Shown: positions 26,219-36,839, counted from the first letter of the stretch. The stretch is DNA of 64,000 nucleotides from Minisyncoccota bacterium (GCA_035708165.1 DASSSZ010000001.1:230884-294883); one strand, 5' to 3'. The notes: generated from the letters alone by a model not told the origin. Numbers and translations are program-made.

Positions 26219-26716
26219 CTAACGAGGATTCCTCATCGAGTAGCGGAATGCGCACCGCGCCGCATCCGGACGGATATTGAATGCGCCGGCCGGTATTGCT
26301 GCGCGAGCAGCTTGCCAGTTGCAGCGGTTGCTTCCCGCCTGCGGGATCGGCACCCCGCCCTGGACAGGCTCTCCGATAGCCACCGGACCAGCCTGAATCG
26401 GATCGGCATGCGCTGCCGAACCGAATACCCAGAGCGGCGGCGGATACTCCGTGCCGCCATACCAGTACCTGATGCCCAGGATGAGCCACAGGAGCACCAA
26501 GGCACCGAAAATCGCCTTCATCCACTCAGCTGCCGTCTTAGGCATTATGCTCTCCTTCTTTTCTCCGACAGCCGCCGTTGCCTGCTTCGCCCCGGTTATG
26601 ACTGTTTCCTTGGCTTTGCTCAGGTCGACGGTGACCTTCCCTTGGGGTTCGACGAGAAGATCGGTCGTGGCTACGCGAGTCTGGCCGATCGTTCCTAGAT
26701 TCTGCACGTCGGCCAT
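26219..26716 (-). CDS. hypothetical single-pass membrane protein (165 aa)
   Basis: Hydrophobic segment AIFGALVLLWLILGIRYWY; no homology. Confidence 0.5.
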   Translation of the reverse strand: MADVQNLGTIGQTRVATTDLLVEPQGKVTVDLSKAKETVITGAKQATAAVGEKKESIMPKTAAEWMKAIFGALVLLWLILGIRYWYGGTEYPPPLWVFGSAAHADPIQAGPVAIGEPVQGGVPIPQAGSNRCNWQAARAAIPAGAFNIRPDAARCAFRYSMRNPR

Positions 26717-26742
26717 CAGGCCCTCCTGCTTCAGGATTGGTT

Positions 26743-26979
26743 CTATTCGCCGCCTGCGTCGCTTCCCGTGTCGTGCCTGCTCGAGGAGACGGCACGCTTA
26801 TGTCCATGGAAGGATTCAGCAATCGACTCGACGAGGCTCGGCGGCGGCTCGGTCTTGATCACCTCGCCGCCGTATGGGCGAAGGTTAAGAAAGACTCTCA
26901 CCTCCAGGTACACATCGTAATACCCGATCGCATCCGGCTTATCTGGATGCGGGATCTGGCGAGGTTTTTCCTCTGCCAT
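26743..26979 (-). CDS. hypothetical small protein (78 aa), apparently strongly expressed
   Basis: Consensus promoter plus AAAGGAG RBS 7 nt upstream of the ATG. Sequence MAEEKPRQIPHPDKPDAIGYYDVYLEVRVF.. has no homology. Confidence 0.5.
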   Translation of the reverse strand: MAEEKPRQIPHPDKPDAIGYYDVYLEVRVFLNLRPYGGEVIKTEPPPSLVESIAESFHGHKRAVSSSRHDTGSDAGGE

Positions 26980-27046
26980 GTGGGACTCCTTTCAAGTTCC
27001 TGCTGCTCTCAAAGCATCCTCGTGGATAGCTCTGAAATCTGACAAC

Positions 27047-27074
27047 ATTATATCACGAGCAGTATCTTTGTCAA
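27047..27074 (-). promoter_or_regulatory. perfect consensus sigma70 promoter TTGACA-16nt-TATAAT
   Basis: Minus-strand TTGACAaagatactgctcgtgaTATAAT, about 65 nt upstream of the 26979 ATG. Confidence 0.6.
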
Positions 27075-27104
27075 TAGCAAAATACGGCCCTACTGGGCCG
27101 TATT
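27072..27104 (-). terminator. hairpin AATACGGCCC-agta-GGGCCGTATT plus TTTTGCTATTG; overlaps the sortase stop codon
   Basis: The stop TAG at 27090-27092 lies at the stem/loop junction. Confidence 0.5.
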
Positions 27105-27788
27105 CGAGGCGCCGATAAAGGTCGCATGAACGACCCATCGCGCCGTCTTCGCCGAGAGCGTATCGCACGTGGAGAGCGTGAGCTTTGCCGTGCCGTCATT
27201 GCTGAGGTCGATGTAGGTATCCGTCGCGTCCACATGCTCTACATCCTCGACCTGGTAGTCGTACGAGGTCCCGTCTGCGGAGATGAGCGAGATGATGGCT
27301 CCCTGCTTCAGGTCCGGCAGGCCGTTGAATGCCTGATAGAAATGATTATGGACGATCGGAAGGTGCGAGCTATGCCCGAAGACGAGCACGTTGCCATCCT
27401 GCCCCGCGAGCGCAGAGCTCGGATAGCGCACGACTTCGCTCTCGAGCAGCGCATCGAGCGCATCCACGTCGGTCGTGGTCGGATTGCCGACAGGCAGGTC
27501 GAGCCCGATCGACGAGGCAACGATGCGCACCGGCGCTGCCGGCGCGGTCGTGGCGCCGCCGAGGACCGGGAGGGTCGAGAGCGAGACGCCCGGCTCGATA
27601 GAGCCGATCGCATACGCCAGCCCGCCGCTTGCGGTACGGGCGGCGGCCGGCTGCGTCCCATCGACGTAGTACGGCACCGCCCCGACCGAATCGGCCGCCG
27701 AAAGGCTGAGCAGGAAGACCATGCCGAAGGTCACCAGGAAGGTTCCTGGCGTCTTTGCGAGCGGATTCTTGAGCTGGAACGGCTTCAT
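27090..27788 (-). CDS. sortase family transpeptidase (membrane-anchored)
   Basis: VRIVASSIGLDLPV, VLVFGHSSH (catalytic His) and LTLSTCD (TLXTC Cys) motifs. N-terminal TM anchor. Start probably MKPFQLK (GTG or ATG near 27788). Confidence 0.85.
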   Translation of the reverse strand: MKPFQLKNPLAKTPGTFLVTFGMVFLLSLSAADSVGAVPYYVDGTQPAAARTASGGLAYAIGSIEPGVSLSTLPVLGGATTAPAAPVRIVASSIGLDLPVGNPTTTDVDALDALLESEVVRYPSSALAGQDGNVLVFGHSSHLPIVHNHFYQAFNGLPDLKQGAIISLISADGTSYDYQVEDVEHVDATDTYIDLSNDGTAKLTLSTCDTLSAKTARWVVHATFIGASNTAQ

Positions 27789-27933
27789 ACCGGCTTTTGT
27801 ATGCCCGGATATTACCATGATTATGGGAGTAATGTCAACAGGCACTGGACTGCGCCGTTCTTTGACATAGGGTAATCTTCATGGTAATATCCTTACATTA
27901 ACCGCTCATACGGCACTCGCCTTTCACGGCTTT

Positions 27934-28869
27934 ATGGCAGATGCACCTGAAACGAAACCGAGCCTGGTCTCGAATATCATCGCCCTCATCGGTTTCATCT
28001 TCATCCTCATCATCATCGTCTGGGGGCTGCTCAATATCGGCAGCTGGGTGCCGGGCATCGGCAGCTGGTTCTCCGGCCTGTTCGGTCCTGGCAAGACCCT
28101 GACGATCGAGCTGCAATCCTCGAGCGTCCCCTCCGGGACGCCGACCACGATCGGCTGGACGCATAAGGCGTCGGACGGGACGTACGCGTTCGAGTACGAG
28201 TGCACGAAGAATGCCTCATTCTCGGTGCCGACTGCCGCGACGAGCACGTACGCGACGCTGCCGTGCGCGACGCCGTACATCATCGCCGCGGCAGGCCCGC
28301 ACGCGATCAAGGTCGTCCCGACCTCGTCCGCGGCTTCGGTTACGATCCCGTTCACGATCACCTATCGCGACACGAAGGGCGTCGCCGGCGCCTCGGGCAC
28401 GAGCGCGCTCACGATCACGAACGCGCAGAAGGATGATGGCGGTACGGGCAGCACCGGCGGCAGCACCAGCACGACGACTCCGCCGGCCGCCGGCAAGCCG
28501 GATCTCACGGTCTCGGTCCTCGGGCTCGGCGTCATCGTGAACGGCGTCTACCAGACGGCGAACCAGATCAATCCTGGCGACACGGCCGCGATCCGCTTCG
28601 AGATCCGGAACGCGGGCACGAAGGCGACGGGCGCCTGGCGCTTCCGCGCGAGCCTCCCCACCGCCGATGGCTATATCTACAACTCAGCGCTGCAGGACTC
28701 GCTCGCGCCCGGGTCATACGTCATCTACACCCTTCGCTTCACGAATCTCGCGGCAGGCGGCGGCATCGTGACCATCGAGGCCGACCCGCAGCATGCGGTC
28801 GCGGAATCGAACGAATCGAATAACGGCGTCTCGTACCGCATCACGGTGCAGCCTGCATACAGCTACTAG
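27934..28869 (+). CDS. membrane-anchored exported protein with C-terminal CARDB-like domain
   Basis: TM segment LVSNIIALIGFIFILIIIVWGLL. C-terminal PDLTVSVLG..INPGDTAAIRFEIRNAG..APGSYVIYTLRF..ADPQHAVAESNESNN matches the CARDB fold pattern. Confidence 0.6.
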   Translation: MADAPETKPSLVSNIIALIGFIFILIIIVWGLLNIGSWVPGIGSWFSGLFGPGKTLTIELQSSSVPSGTPTTIGWTHKASDGTYAFEYECTKNASFSVPTAATSTYATLPCATPYIIAAAGPHAIKVVPTSSAASVTIPFTITYRDTKGVAGASGTSALTITNAQKDDGGTGSTGGSTSTTTPPAAGKPDLTVSVLGLGVIVNGVYQTANQINPGDTAAIRFEIRNAGTKATGAWRFRASLPTADGYIYNSALQDSLAPGSYVIYTLRFTNLAAGGGIVTIEADPQHAVAESNESNNGVSYRITVQPAYSY

Positions 28870-28887
28870 CCGTTGCAGGATAGTGCG

Positions 28888-28920
28888 GACGGCGGGCCAC
28901 TGGCCCGCCGTCTGCTTTCT
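28888..28920. terminator. hairpin GACGGCGGGCCACTGGCCCGCCGTC plus T-rich tract between convergent genes
   Basis: Between the CARDB gene (+) and gyrB (-). Confidence 0.45.
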
Positions 28921-28952
28921 CGGGGAACAGCTCTTCTATGGGCTGCCCTCCG

Positions 28953-31043
28953 TTAGATATCGAGCGTCGCTTCCTTCGCGTGCGACTGGATGAACGACTT
29001 GCGCGACGACACGTCCGTACCCATCAGGATATCGAAGATCTTGTCCGCGTCGCGGGCGTCCTCCACGGTGACCTGCTTCAGTACGCGGCGCGCCGGGTCC
29101 ATCGTCGTCTCCCAGAGCTCTTCGGCATTCATCTCGCCGAGGCCCTTGTAGCGCTGGACGGAGAATTTCTTCGGCTTCCCCTTCCCCTTCGCGGCACTTT
29201 CCTCGGCTTCCTCTTCAGTCTCCTCGCCCTCAGGTGCCTCGCTCTCTTCCTCGATCGGCGTTTCTTCGCCCGCGATCGCGATCTTCTGCTCGTCCGTGAA
29301 GGCGTAGTAGATCTCCTTCCCTGCCTTGATCTTATAGAGCGGCGGCTGGGCGATGTAGACGTACCCGCCGTCGATGATCGGGCGGAAATGGCGATAGAAG
29401 AGGGTCAGCAGAAGCGTGCGGATGTGCGCCCCGTCAACGTCGGCATCGGTCGCGATGATGAGCTTATGGTAGCGCAGCTTCTCGATATCGAACGTGTCGC
29501 CGATCGCCGCGCCGAGCGCCACGACGAGGTTGCGGATCTGCTCGGAGTCCAGCATGCGGTCGAGGCGGGCGCGCTCGACATTGAGGATCTTGCCGCGTAA
29601 GGGCAGGATGGCCTGCGTACGGCGATCGCGGCCCATCTTGGCCGTGCCGCCTGCCGAGTCGCCCTCCACGATGAAGAGCTCGGCCTCTTCCGCATTCTTG
29701 ACCTGGCAGTCGGCAAGCTTGCCCGGGAGCGTCATGCCCTCCAAGGCGCCCTTGCGCAGGATCGAATCCTTCGCGGCCTTCGCGGCCTTGCGCGCCTTCA
29801 TGGCCATCGTCGCCTTGTGCATGATGGCCTTCGCGTCGTCCGGGTTCTCCTCGAGGAACGTACTGAAGGCGTCGGCGAAGACCGTGTCTACCGCGCCGCG
29901 CGCCTCGACCGAGCCGAGCTTCGCCTTGGTCTGGCCCTCGAACTGGATCTCCGGGAGCTTCACCGAGATGACGGCCGTGAGGCCTTCGAGGACGTCATCG
30001 CCGCTGAATGCTTCCACGTCCTTGCCGTTGTTCGCCTTCTTGAGATAGGTGTTGAGCGTGCGCGTGAGCGCGGTCTTGAAGCCGGTGATGTGCGTGCCGC
30101 CTTCCGGCGTATGGATATTGTTCGCGAACGCTTCGACGCGCGTACCGAAGTCGTCCACGTACTGCAGCGCGATCTCCACCTGCACGGCGTCGAGCTCGCG
30201 GTCCACGTAGAAGACGCTCTTGTGGAGCTTCTCGAGATGGCGGTTCTCGAACTTCACGAGCGAGCGAAGTCCGCCCTCGAAATAGAAGCTCATGGACGGG
30301 CACTCGAGCGTGCTGCCCTGCTTTTCGAAGAGCTCGCGGAGATAGAAGACGTCCGTATCATCCACGTCCTGCAGCTCGCGCATGTCGTAGATAGCGATGC
30401 GCATGTCCGGGACGAGGTATGCCTGCTGGCGCAGGTGGTTCACGATCGTGTCCCAATTGAACGTCGTATCCGGGAAGATGGAACCGTCCGGGATGAAGGT
30501 GGTGATCGTGCCGCGCAGGTCCGAGGCGCCGGTCTTCTTCACCTTGGCGACTGCCTTGCCGCCATCCTTGTACTCCTGGACGAAGCGGCCGCCATCGCGG
30601 TGTACCTCGACGCGGCAGTAGGTGGAGAGCGCGTTCACCACGGAAGCGCCTACGCCGTGCAGGCCGCCTGAGACCTTGTAGCCCTCGCCGCCGAACTTGC
30701 CGCCGGCATGGAGCGTCGTCATGATCGTCTCGAGCACCGAGACCTTGGTCTTCGGATGCACGTCGACCGGCATGCCGCGGCCGTTATCCGCGACGCGCAC
30801 GCCTCCTCCTGGCAGGAGCGCGACTTCGATGTCGTTCGCGTGCCCGTTCATGGCCTCGTCGCGCGAGTTGTCGAAGATCTCCCAGATCAGGTGATGGAGG
30901 CCGTCGGTGCCAGTCGTGCCGATGTACATGCCCGGACGGCGGCGCACCGCTTCGAGCCCCTCGAGGACGCTGATATCCTTCGCGGTATACGAGGACGCGG
31001 CCGCTTTTGCGGCCGTTTTCTTGGCGGTCTCCTTTGCTGCCAT
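28953..31043 (-). CDS. gyrB: DNA gyrase subunit B (696 aa)
   Basis: GLEAVRRRPGMYIGTTG, GLHHLIWEIFDNSRDEAMNG and GLHGVGASVVNALS (GHKL ATPase), then Toprim EGDSAGG. Confidence 0.97.
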   Translation of the reverse strand: MAAKETAKKTAAKAAASSYTAKDISVLEGLEAVRRRPGMYIGTTGTDGLHHLIWEIFDNSRDEAMNGHANDIEVALLPGGGVRVADNGRGMPVDVHPKTKVSVLETIMTTLHAGGKFGGEGYKVSGGLHGVGASVVNALSTYCRVEVHRDGGRFVQEYKDGGKAVAKVKKTGASDLRGTITTFIPDGSIFPDTTFNWDTIVNHLRQQAYLVPDMRIAIYDMRELQDVDDTDVFYLRELFEKQGSTLECPSMSFYFEGGLRSLVKFENRHLEKLHKSVFYVDRELDAVQVEIALQYVDDFGTRVEAFANNIHTPEGGTHITGFKTALTRTLNTYLKKANNGKDVEAFSGDDVLEGLTAVISVKLPEIQFEGQTKAKLGSVEARGAVDTVFADAFSTFLEENPDDAKAIMHKATMAMKARKAAKAAKDSILRKGALEGMTLPGKLADCQVKNAEEAELFIVEGDSAGGTAKMGRDRRTQAILPLRGKILNVERARLDRMLDSEQIRNLVVALGAAIGDTFDIEKLRYHKLIIATDADVDGAHIRTLLLTLFYRHFRPIIDGGYVYIAQPPLYKIKAGKEIYYAFTDEQKIAIAGEETPIEEESEAPEGEETEEEAEESAAKGKGKPKKFSVQRYKGLGEMNAEELWETTMDPARRVLKQVTVEDARDADKIFDILMGTDVSSRKSFIQSHAKEATLDI

Positions 31044-31175
31044 ATGGCTCTAGTATACCAGAAATCAGGCACCGTTTCAGCACATCTTCAAGCCCGATTC
31101 ACCATGAGCGGCAGTTGAACGCTTCACGTTTCCGTGCTTCTATACGCAGCAGATTCCACGCACAAGGAGGTGAAG

Positions 31176-31799
31176 GTGGAACAGAAGGCCTATGCGGCAC
31201 TCACTGCGTCAGCGGCACTCGTGCCGTTTCCCGATCGGTATCGGGCCTTGATCGGCATGGAGCCGATCGCACCCGAAGCCTGGGAGACACACAAGCGCGC
31301 CCAGCTGGCGAAATACGGCGGTACGCTGCTCGGGCGGATGCTCTGGCAGATGCATATCCGGGATCAGGACACCTATGCCGTCCTGCTGCGCCTGCTCACC
31401 TATGGCGTGGCTGTCCTTGCGGCGGTGATGATCACCAGCGCCCTGATGCCCTTCACGATCGCCGGAGTGACTCCGGCACTCGTGACGCTTACGACCGGAC
31501 TGTTCCTCGTCTGGGCCGTATCCGCCATCATCCGCTACTGCGGGTTCGTGCGGTGGCCTGCGCAGTGGCGGGAGGTTGCGCTCGATCGCGCGATCCCGCC
31601 GCCATATGACGTGTACGAGCTGATCGCACGCATCGCGCAGCTCATGCCCGATGTCCGGTTCACCGTCCACGAGCTCTGGCAGGAAGAGATCGTCGACCCG
31701 GCGCTCGAAGTGCATGACGACGCGACCGGCGAATCCCTCATCGCAGCGATCTGGGATGCGCCGGTGCGGATGGCACACTGGGGCGCCCCGCAGCCCTGA
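31176..31799 (+). CDS. hypothetical polytopic membrane protein
   Basis: AAGGAGG RBS then a GTG start. Three hydrophobic segments. No homology. Confidence 0.5.
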   Translation: MEQKAYAALTASAALVPFPDRYRALIGMEPIAPEAWETHKRAQLAKYGGTLLGRMLWQMHIRDQDTYAVLLRLLTYGVAVLAAVMITSALMPFTIAGVTPALVTLTTGLFLVWAVSAIIRYCGFVRWPAQWREVALDRAIPPPYDVYELIARIAQLMPDVRFTVHELWQEEIVDPALEVHDDATGESLIAAIWDAPVRMAHWGAPQP

Positions 31800-31803
31800 A
31801 CCA

Positions 31804-31834
31804 TTGCCGGCAGGCCATAACGGCCTGCCGGCAA
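31804..31834 (+). terminator. hairpin TTGCCGGCAGGCC-ataac-GGCCTGCCGGCAA plus TCTCTTT
   Basis: Perfect 13-bp stem after the 31799 stop. Confidence 0.5.
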
Positions 31835-31846
31835 TCTCTTTGCATG

Positions 31847-32365
31847 CTACGCCGCGCGCGCGATGAAGATCGCGAGCTTCCGGAACCGGCGCGCGAATTC
31901 CTTCGTGCTCATCACGAGGTCCTTCCCCTCACGTTCGGATCGCTTCGCCGGATCGTTATACCGCCAGCCTTCTCGCCCGAAGCCGGTCAGCGTGACGAGG
32001 TGCGTATCCTCGGTGCTTGTCGTAAGGGAGACGATCGGCACGATACCGCGCTTCAGCGCATGCCGCAGCGCAGAGAGCGCGAATGGCATCGCGAACGGCC
32101 TCGCGAGACCGTTCCATTTGTACTCGCGCCGCCATGCCCGCGCGCCGTGCCGGAGCGCGAGTTCGGCGAGCCCGGCATGCTGCCATCCCCTGCCCGCGCG
32201 GTAGGCGCCAGCAGCGACGCCTTCGTCGATGAGCGCCGGCACGGGAGCGTCCGCTCCCGCATATGCGAGCGCCATCGAGAGCGCCGCCACGCCGCACGCG
32301 CGCGAATGCCACTCTTCCGGGATATCGCCGGCCTGCTGTGAGAAGAACGGGACAGGGAGCTGCAT
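31847..32365 (-). CDS. C39-like (papain-fold) peptidase domain protein
   Basis: PVPFFSQQAGDIPEEWHSRACGVAALSMALAY resembles the Peptidase_C39_2 N-terminal Gln/Cys motif. Confidence 0.55.
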   Translation of the reverse strand: MQLPVPFFSQQAGDIPEEWHSRACGVAALSMALAYAGADAPVPALIDEGVAAGAYRAGRGWQHAGLAELALRHGARAWRREYKWNGLARPFAMPFALSALRHALKRGIVPIVSLTTSTEDTHLVTLTGFGREGWRYNDPAKRSEREGKDLVMSTKEFARRFRKLAIFIARAA

Positions 32366-32370
32366 ACGTA

Positions 32371-34726
32371 TCAGCGCGTCTCGAACCCCGCTTCCCTCAT
32401 GGCGGCGTAGAGGCGGTCCATGAGCGGATCCATATCCTGATCGGAGAGCGTGCGCTCTTGCGACTGGAAGACGAGATGGAACGCGAAGCTGGTCCGGCCG
32501 TCTTTCGAGAACTGATCGAACAGCTCGAGGCGCACCAGGAGGTCGCCTGCCGTCTCCCGGATCATCGTCTCGAGCGCATCAGCGCTCGTGCCTCCCGGCG
32601 TCCACGCCGCGATATCCCGCAGCACGAAGGGATACGGCGAGAACGGCTTGTAGAGCGCTCCCGGCGCGATGCGCGCGCCGCGGACGTATGCCTCGGGTAC
32701 GGCGAGCTCTGGGATGATCATCGAGAGGTTCCATTCGAGCGTCTCCTCGCCTGCTGCTGCGGGCGCAGCCTCGGTCCCGAGCGCGGCAGAAACGACGGCG
32801 CGCGCCTGCTCGAGCGCCTCGCGCGTCTGCTGCGCACGCTTCTTCCCCGCCGGGAAGCGCACCGCGATCCCGAGGCGGAGCTCTTCAGCTTCGCTCGGGA
32901 AGACGTTGCCGATCTCGAAAAGCCGCACCGCATCGAGTCCCAAGAGCGGCAGGTTCCCTTCGTTGAGCGGGAGCGACGCTGCGAGCCCGGACGCGAGATC
33001 CTCGCGCAGGTGGCTCTTATCGCTCGCGAGCGCGTTGGCGAGCGCGGTCGCGCCCGTCTCGCGCAGGGAGTACGTATAGGTCTCGATGAATCCTGCCTCG
33101 CCAAGGGCGGCGCGCAGCTTCTCGGCGTACGCGAAGCGCGGATTGATGAGCGGGGCCGCCGGCGCGGCGGGCAGCATCTGCTCCGCGATATTCGCATAGC
33201 CGAAGACGCGGCCGAGCTCCTCGATGAGGTCGGTGCTCGTGCGGAGATCCAGCCGCTCGATAGGCGCAGTCACGATGAAGCGCGGCACGGGTGATGCGAG
33301 CGGGCGGCGGTAGGCCACGATGCGCTGGAACATCGGGCTCGACGCCATGGGCTCGATCGTCACATGCCCCGGATTTCGCGATGCGTGGATGACCATTCCT
33401 TCGCCGAGGTACATGCCGACGTGGTCCACGCCGGACGGTACGGGCGTCCCTGGAAGGTACTGCACCGTCTCGGTGCGGATGCGGCCTTCGCCCGTGTTCT
33501 CGAAGACGAGGTCGCCCGGCGCGAGGCCGTCCGCCTCGATTGGCGTCGTCGCCGCGTACTGGTCGATCGAGATCGAGGGCAGCGCGAGGCCCGCGCCATG
33601 CACGTAGACGTAGTTGGTGAAGGACGAGCAGCTGAACGCGCGCGGCGCATCGAAGCGCATCGCGCTGTCCTCCGCGTACGCGGCGCCCTCAAGCGAGCGG
33701 GCGAGCGCGATCACGCGCGCGAGCGGGTCGTCTGCCTTCTCGTACGCGAAGCCGAGCCTGCCGAGCAGGGCCGCGAGCGCCGCATCATCGAGCGCGGTGC
33801 CGAGGCGCCGGTTCGCTTCCTGTGCCGAGACGCCGAGCACGAACGGCGCCGGCTGCGGAGCATCCGCATGCGCGAAGCCCGCGAGCTCGCCGCCCGCGAT
33901 CTTCGCGATGAGCGCGACGACGGCGTCGAGCCCGTAGCGCGGCAGCATGTCCGCGATGCCGTGCTCGAAGCGGGTCGAAGCATCGGTGCGCAGCTTGAGC
34001 GCCTGAGAGGTGCGGCGCGTGCGCGCGGGGTCGAAGGAAGCCGCTTCGAGCACGATGCGCGTCGTCGCCTCCGTCACCTCCGCGCGCGTGCCGCCCTTGA
34101 TGCCCGCGATCGCGAGCGCGGCATCCGCATGCGCGTCCGCAATGACCGTCATCTCGCTCGTGAGCGCGTACTCGGCTCCGCCGAGCGCCGTGACCGTCTC
34201 GCCGTCCCTCGCCGCGCGCACGCGGATGCCGATCGTGCCGCCGCTCGCGGAAAGCTTGTCCGCATCGAACGCGTGCAAGGGCGTGCCGAGTGAGAGCATG
34301 ACGTAGTTCGTCGCGTCAACGACATTATTGATAGAGCGCTGGCCGAGGCGCGCGAGGCGCGCCGCAAGCCACGCGGGCGAAGGGCCGACCGAGACCCCTT
34401 CGAGCAGCGCCGCCGCGTAGGAAGGGCAGCGTGCAGGGTCGTCCACCGCGACCGCGAGCCCAGGAGCCGCGGGCAGGAGCTCCGGCAGCGCATGCGAGAG
34501 CGGGTCATCCGCAAGCGGCAGCCCGAGCAGGACCGAGAGCTCCTTGGCGATGCCACGGTGGCAGAGCATGTAGCAGGCGCGGTCCGGCAGGACCTTCACG
34601 TCGATGATGCTGTCGTCATCGGCCTCCTCGATGCTTTCGATCTCCGCTACGCCGAACGTGAGCGCATCCGCGAGCGCGGCCGCATCCGGCAGCGGCTCCG
34701 CGAAGAAATCCTGCAGCCATTCCCTG

Positions 34727-34737
<11 letters not shown>
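32371..34737 (-). CDS. pheT: phenylalanyl-tRNA synthetase beta subunit with an NlpC/P60-like domain inserted in the B5 domain
   Basis: N-terminus MKVSREWLQDFF, then B3/4 (SINNVVDATNYVMLSLGTPLHAFD), the B5 boundary, FDX-ACB at the C-terminus, and a C-terminal anticodon-binding-like domain. Residues ~356-506 match NlpC/P60 (FSCSSFTNYVYVH..QY..GDLVF..HVGMYLG..IHAS). Confidence 0.93.
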
Positions 34738-35464
<727 letters not shown>

Positions 35465-35576
35465 GAATCGCAGTATACCGCACGGGTACCCGCCCCCCAA
35501 TGGCGCAGCGCAGCCGCGCATCCCCTTGACGCTTCATGGAAAATATAGGAAAAGTCAGCTATACTCGAGGCGTCCT

Positions 35577-36839
35577 ATGGCACTCTCGAGCATCCTCCCC
35601 TACCTCACTGACGGGCTGTTCTTCGTGTCCCTCTACTTCGAGGTGTTCATGCTGATTGCCCTTCTCCAGAAGCGTTCGCTCCGCGACCGGCATGAGCAGG
35701 AGCCGATCCTGCCCGCCGTCCTGCCATCGGTCGCTATCGTCGTGCCATGCTTCAACGAGGAGCATACCGTCGGACCCACGATCGAATCCTTGCTCGCGCT
35801 CGAGTACCCCGCGGATCTGCTCGAGGTGATCGTCGTCGATGACGGCTCGACCGACGCCACGCTGGCAGCGGCGAAACGCTACGAAGGCGAGCGCGTGCGC
35901 GTGCTCAGCAAGGAGAATGGCGGCAAGCACTCCGCGCTCAACCTCGCGCTCTCGCAGACGGACGCCGACCTCATCGGCTGCCTCGACGCGGATTCGGTCG
36001 TAGCCGCAGACGCGCTCAAGCGCACGGTCGCCGCGTTCACCGATGAGAACGTCGCGGCGGTGACGCCTGGCATCCATATCCAGAAGCCGCAGACCCTGAT
36101 CCAGCACCTGCAGGAAGCCGAGTACCGGCTCGCGATCTTCACCCGCGCGGCGTTCGCGGATATCGGCGCGACCTACATCACGCCGGGGCCGTTCTCCATC
36201 TTCCGCACGCACATCGTGCGCGAAGCCGGCGGCTGGCGCCATGCCCATGCCACCGAAGACCTCGAGCTCGGCCTCCGGCTCCAGGAACGCGGCGCGATCA
36301 TCCGCAACGAGCCATATGCCGCGGTCTACACCAAGACGCCGTCCACCGTCCGCGCACTCGTGAAGCAGCGCGTGCGCTGGACGTACGGCTTCCTGCGCAA
36401 TGCGTTCGACTACCGCCACATGATCGGGAACTGGCGCTACGGCAACCTCGGGCTCCTCGCGCTGCCGTTCGGGATCATCTCGATCGGCGTCGTGTTCTAT
36501 TTCGTCGCGCTCATCACGTACGATTGGGCGCAATCGCTCGCGAACTGGATGACGTACGTCTCGGTCACGCACACCGTCTTCGCAGCGCCATCATTCGATC
36601 CGTTCTTCATCGATACCACCGTGATGAGCTTCATCGTCTATCTCTCGACCGCGCTCGTCCTCGTCCTCCTCTTCGTGGGATCGCGCCTCTCATCGCGCCC
36701 GGAGCGGAAATTCCGCGCGCTCGGCACGTCATTGTTCCTGCTGTTCTACGGATTCCTGACGCCTATCTGGCTCGGCATCGCGGTCGCGCGCGCGAGCTTC
36801 CGGACCGGCGTCGATTGGAAGGGCGTCCGCAACCGCTAG
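35577..36839 (+). CDS. processive family-2 glycosyltransferase (cellulose/PNAG-synthase-like, membrane-integral)
   Basis: DDGSTD, DAD, TED and QRVRW (QxxRW) motifs with flanking TM helices. Internal start MALSSILPYL with a GAGG RBS. Confidence 0.8.
   Translation: MALSSILPYLTDGLFFVSLYFEVFMLIALLQKRSLRDRHEQEPILPAVLPSVAIVVPCFNEEHTVGPTIESLLALEYPADLLEVIVVDDGSTDATLAAAKRYEGERVRVLSKENGGKHSALNLALSQTDADLIGCLDADSVVAADALKRTVAAFTDENVAAVTPGIHIQKPQTLIQHLQEAEYRLAIFTRAAFADIGATYITPGPFSIFRTHIVREAGGWRHAHATEDLELGLRLQERGAIIRNEPYAAVYTKTPSTVRALVKQRVRWTYGFLRNAFDYRHMIGNWRYGNLGLLALPFGIISIGVVFYFVALITYDWAQSLANWMTYVSVTHTVFAAPSFDPFFIDTTVMSFIVYLSTALVLVLLFVGSRLSSRPERKFRALGTSLFLLFYGFLTPIWLGIAVARASFRTGVDWKGVRNR

Noticed and set aside
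32263-34293. plus-strand ORFs 32263..33294 and 33364..34293 inside pheT
   Set aside because: Shadow ORFs; pheT on the minus strand is continuous and conserved, including across the NlpC/P60 insertion.
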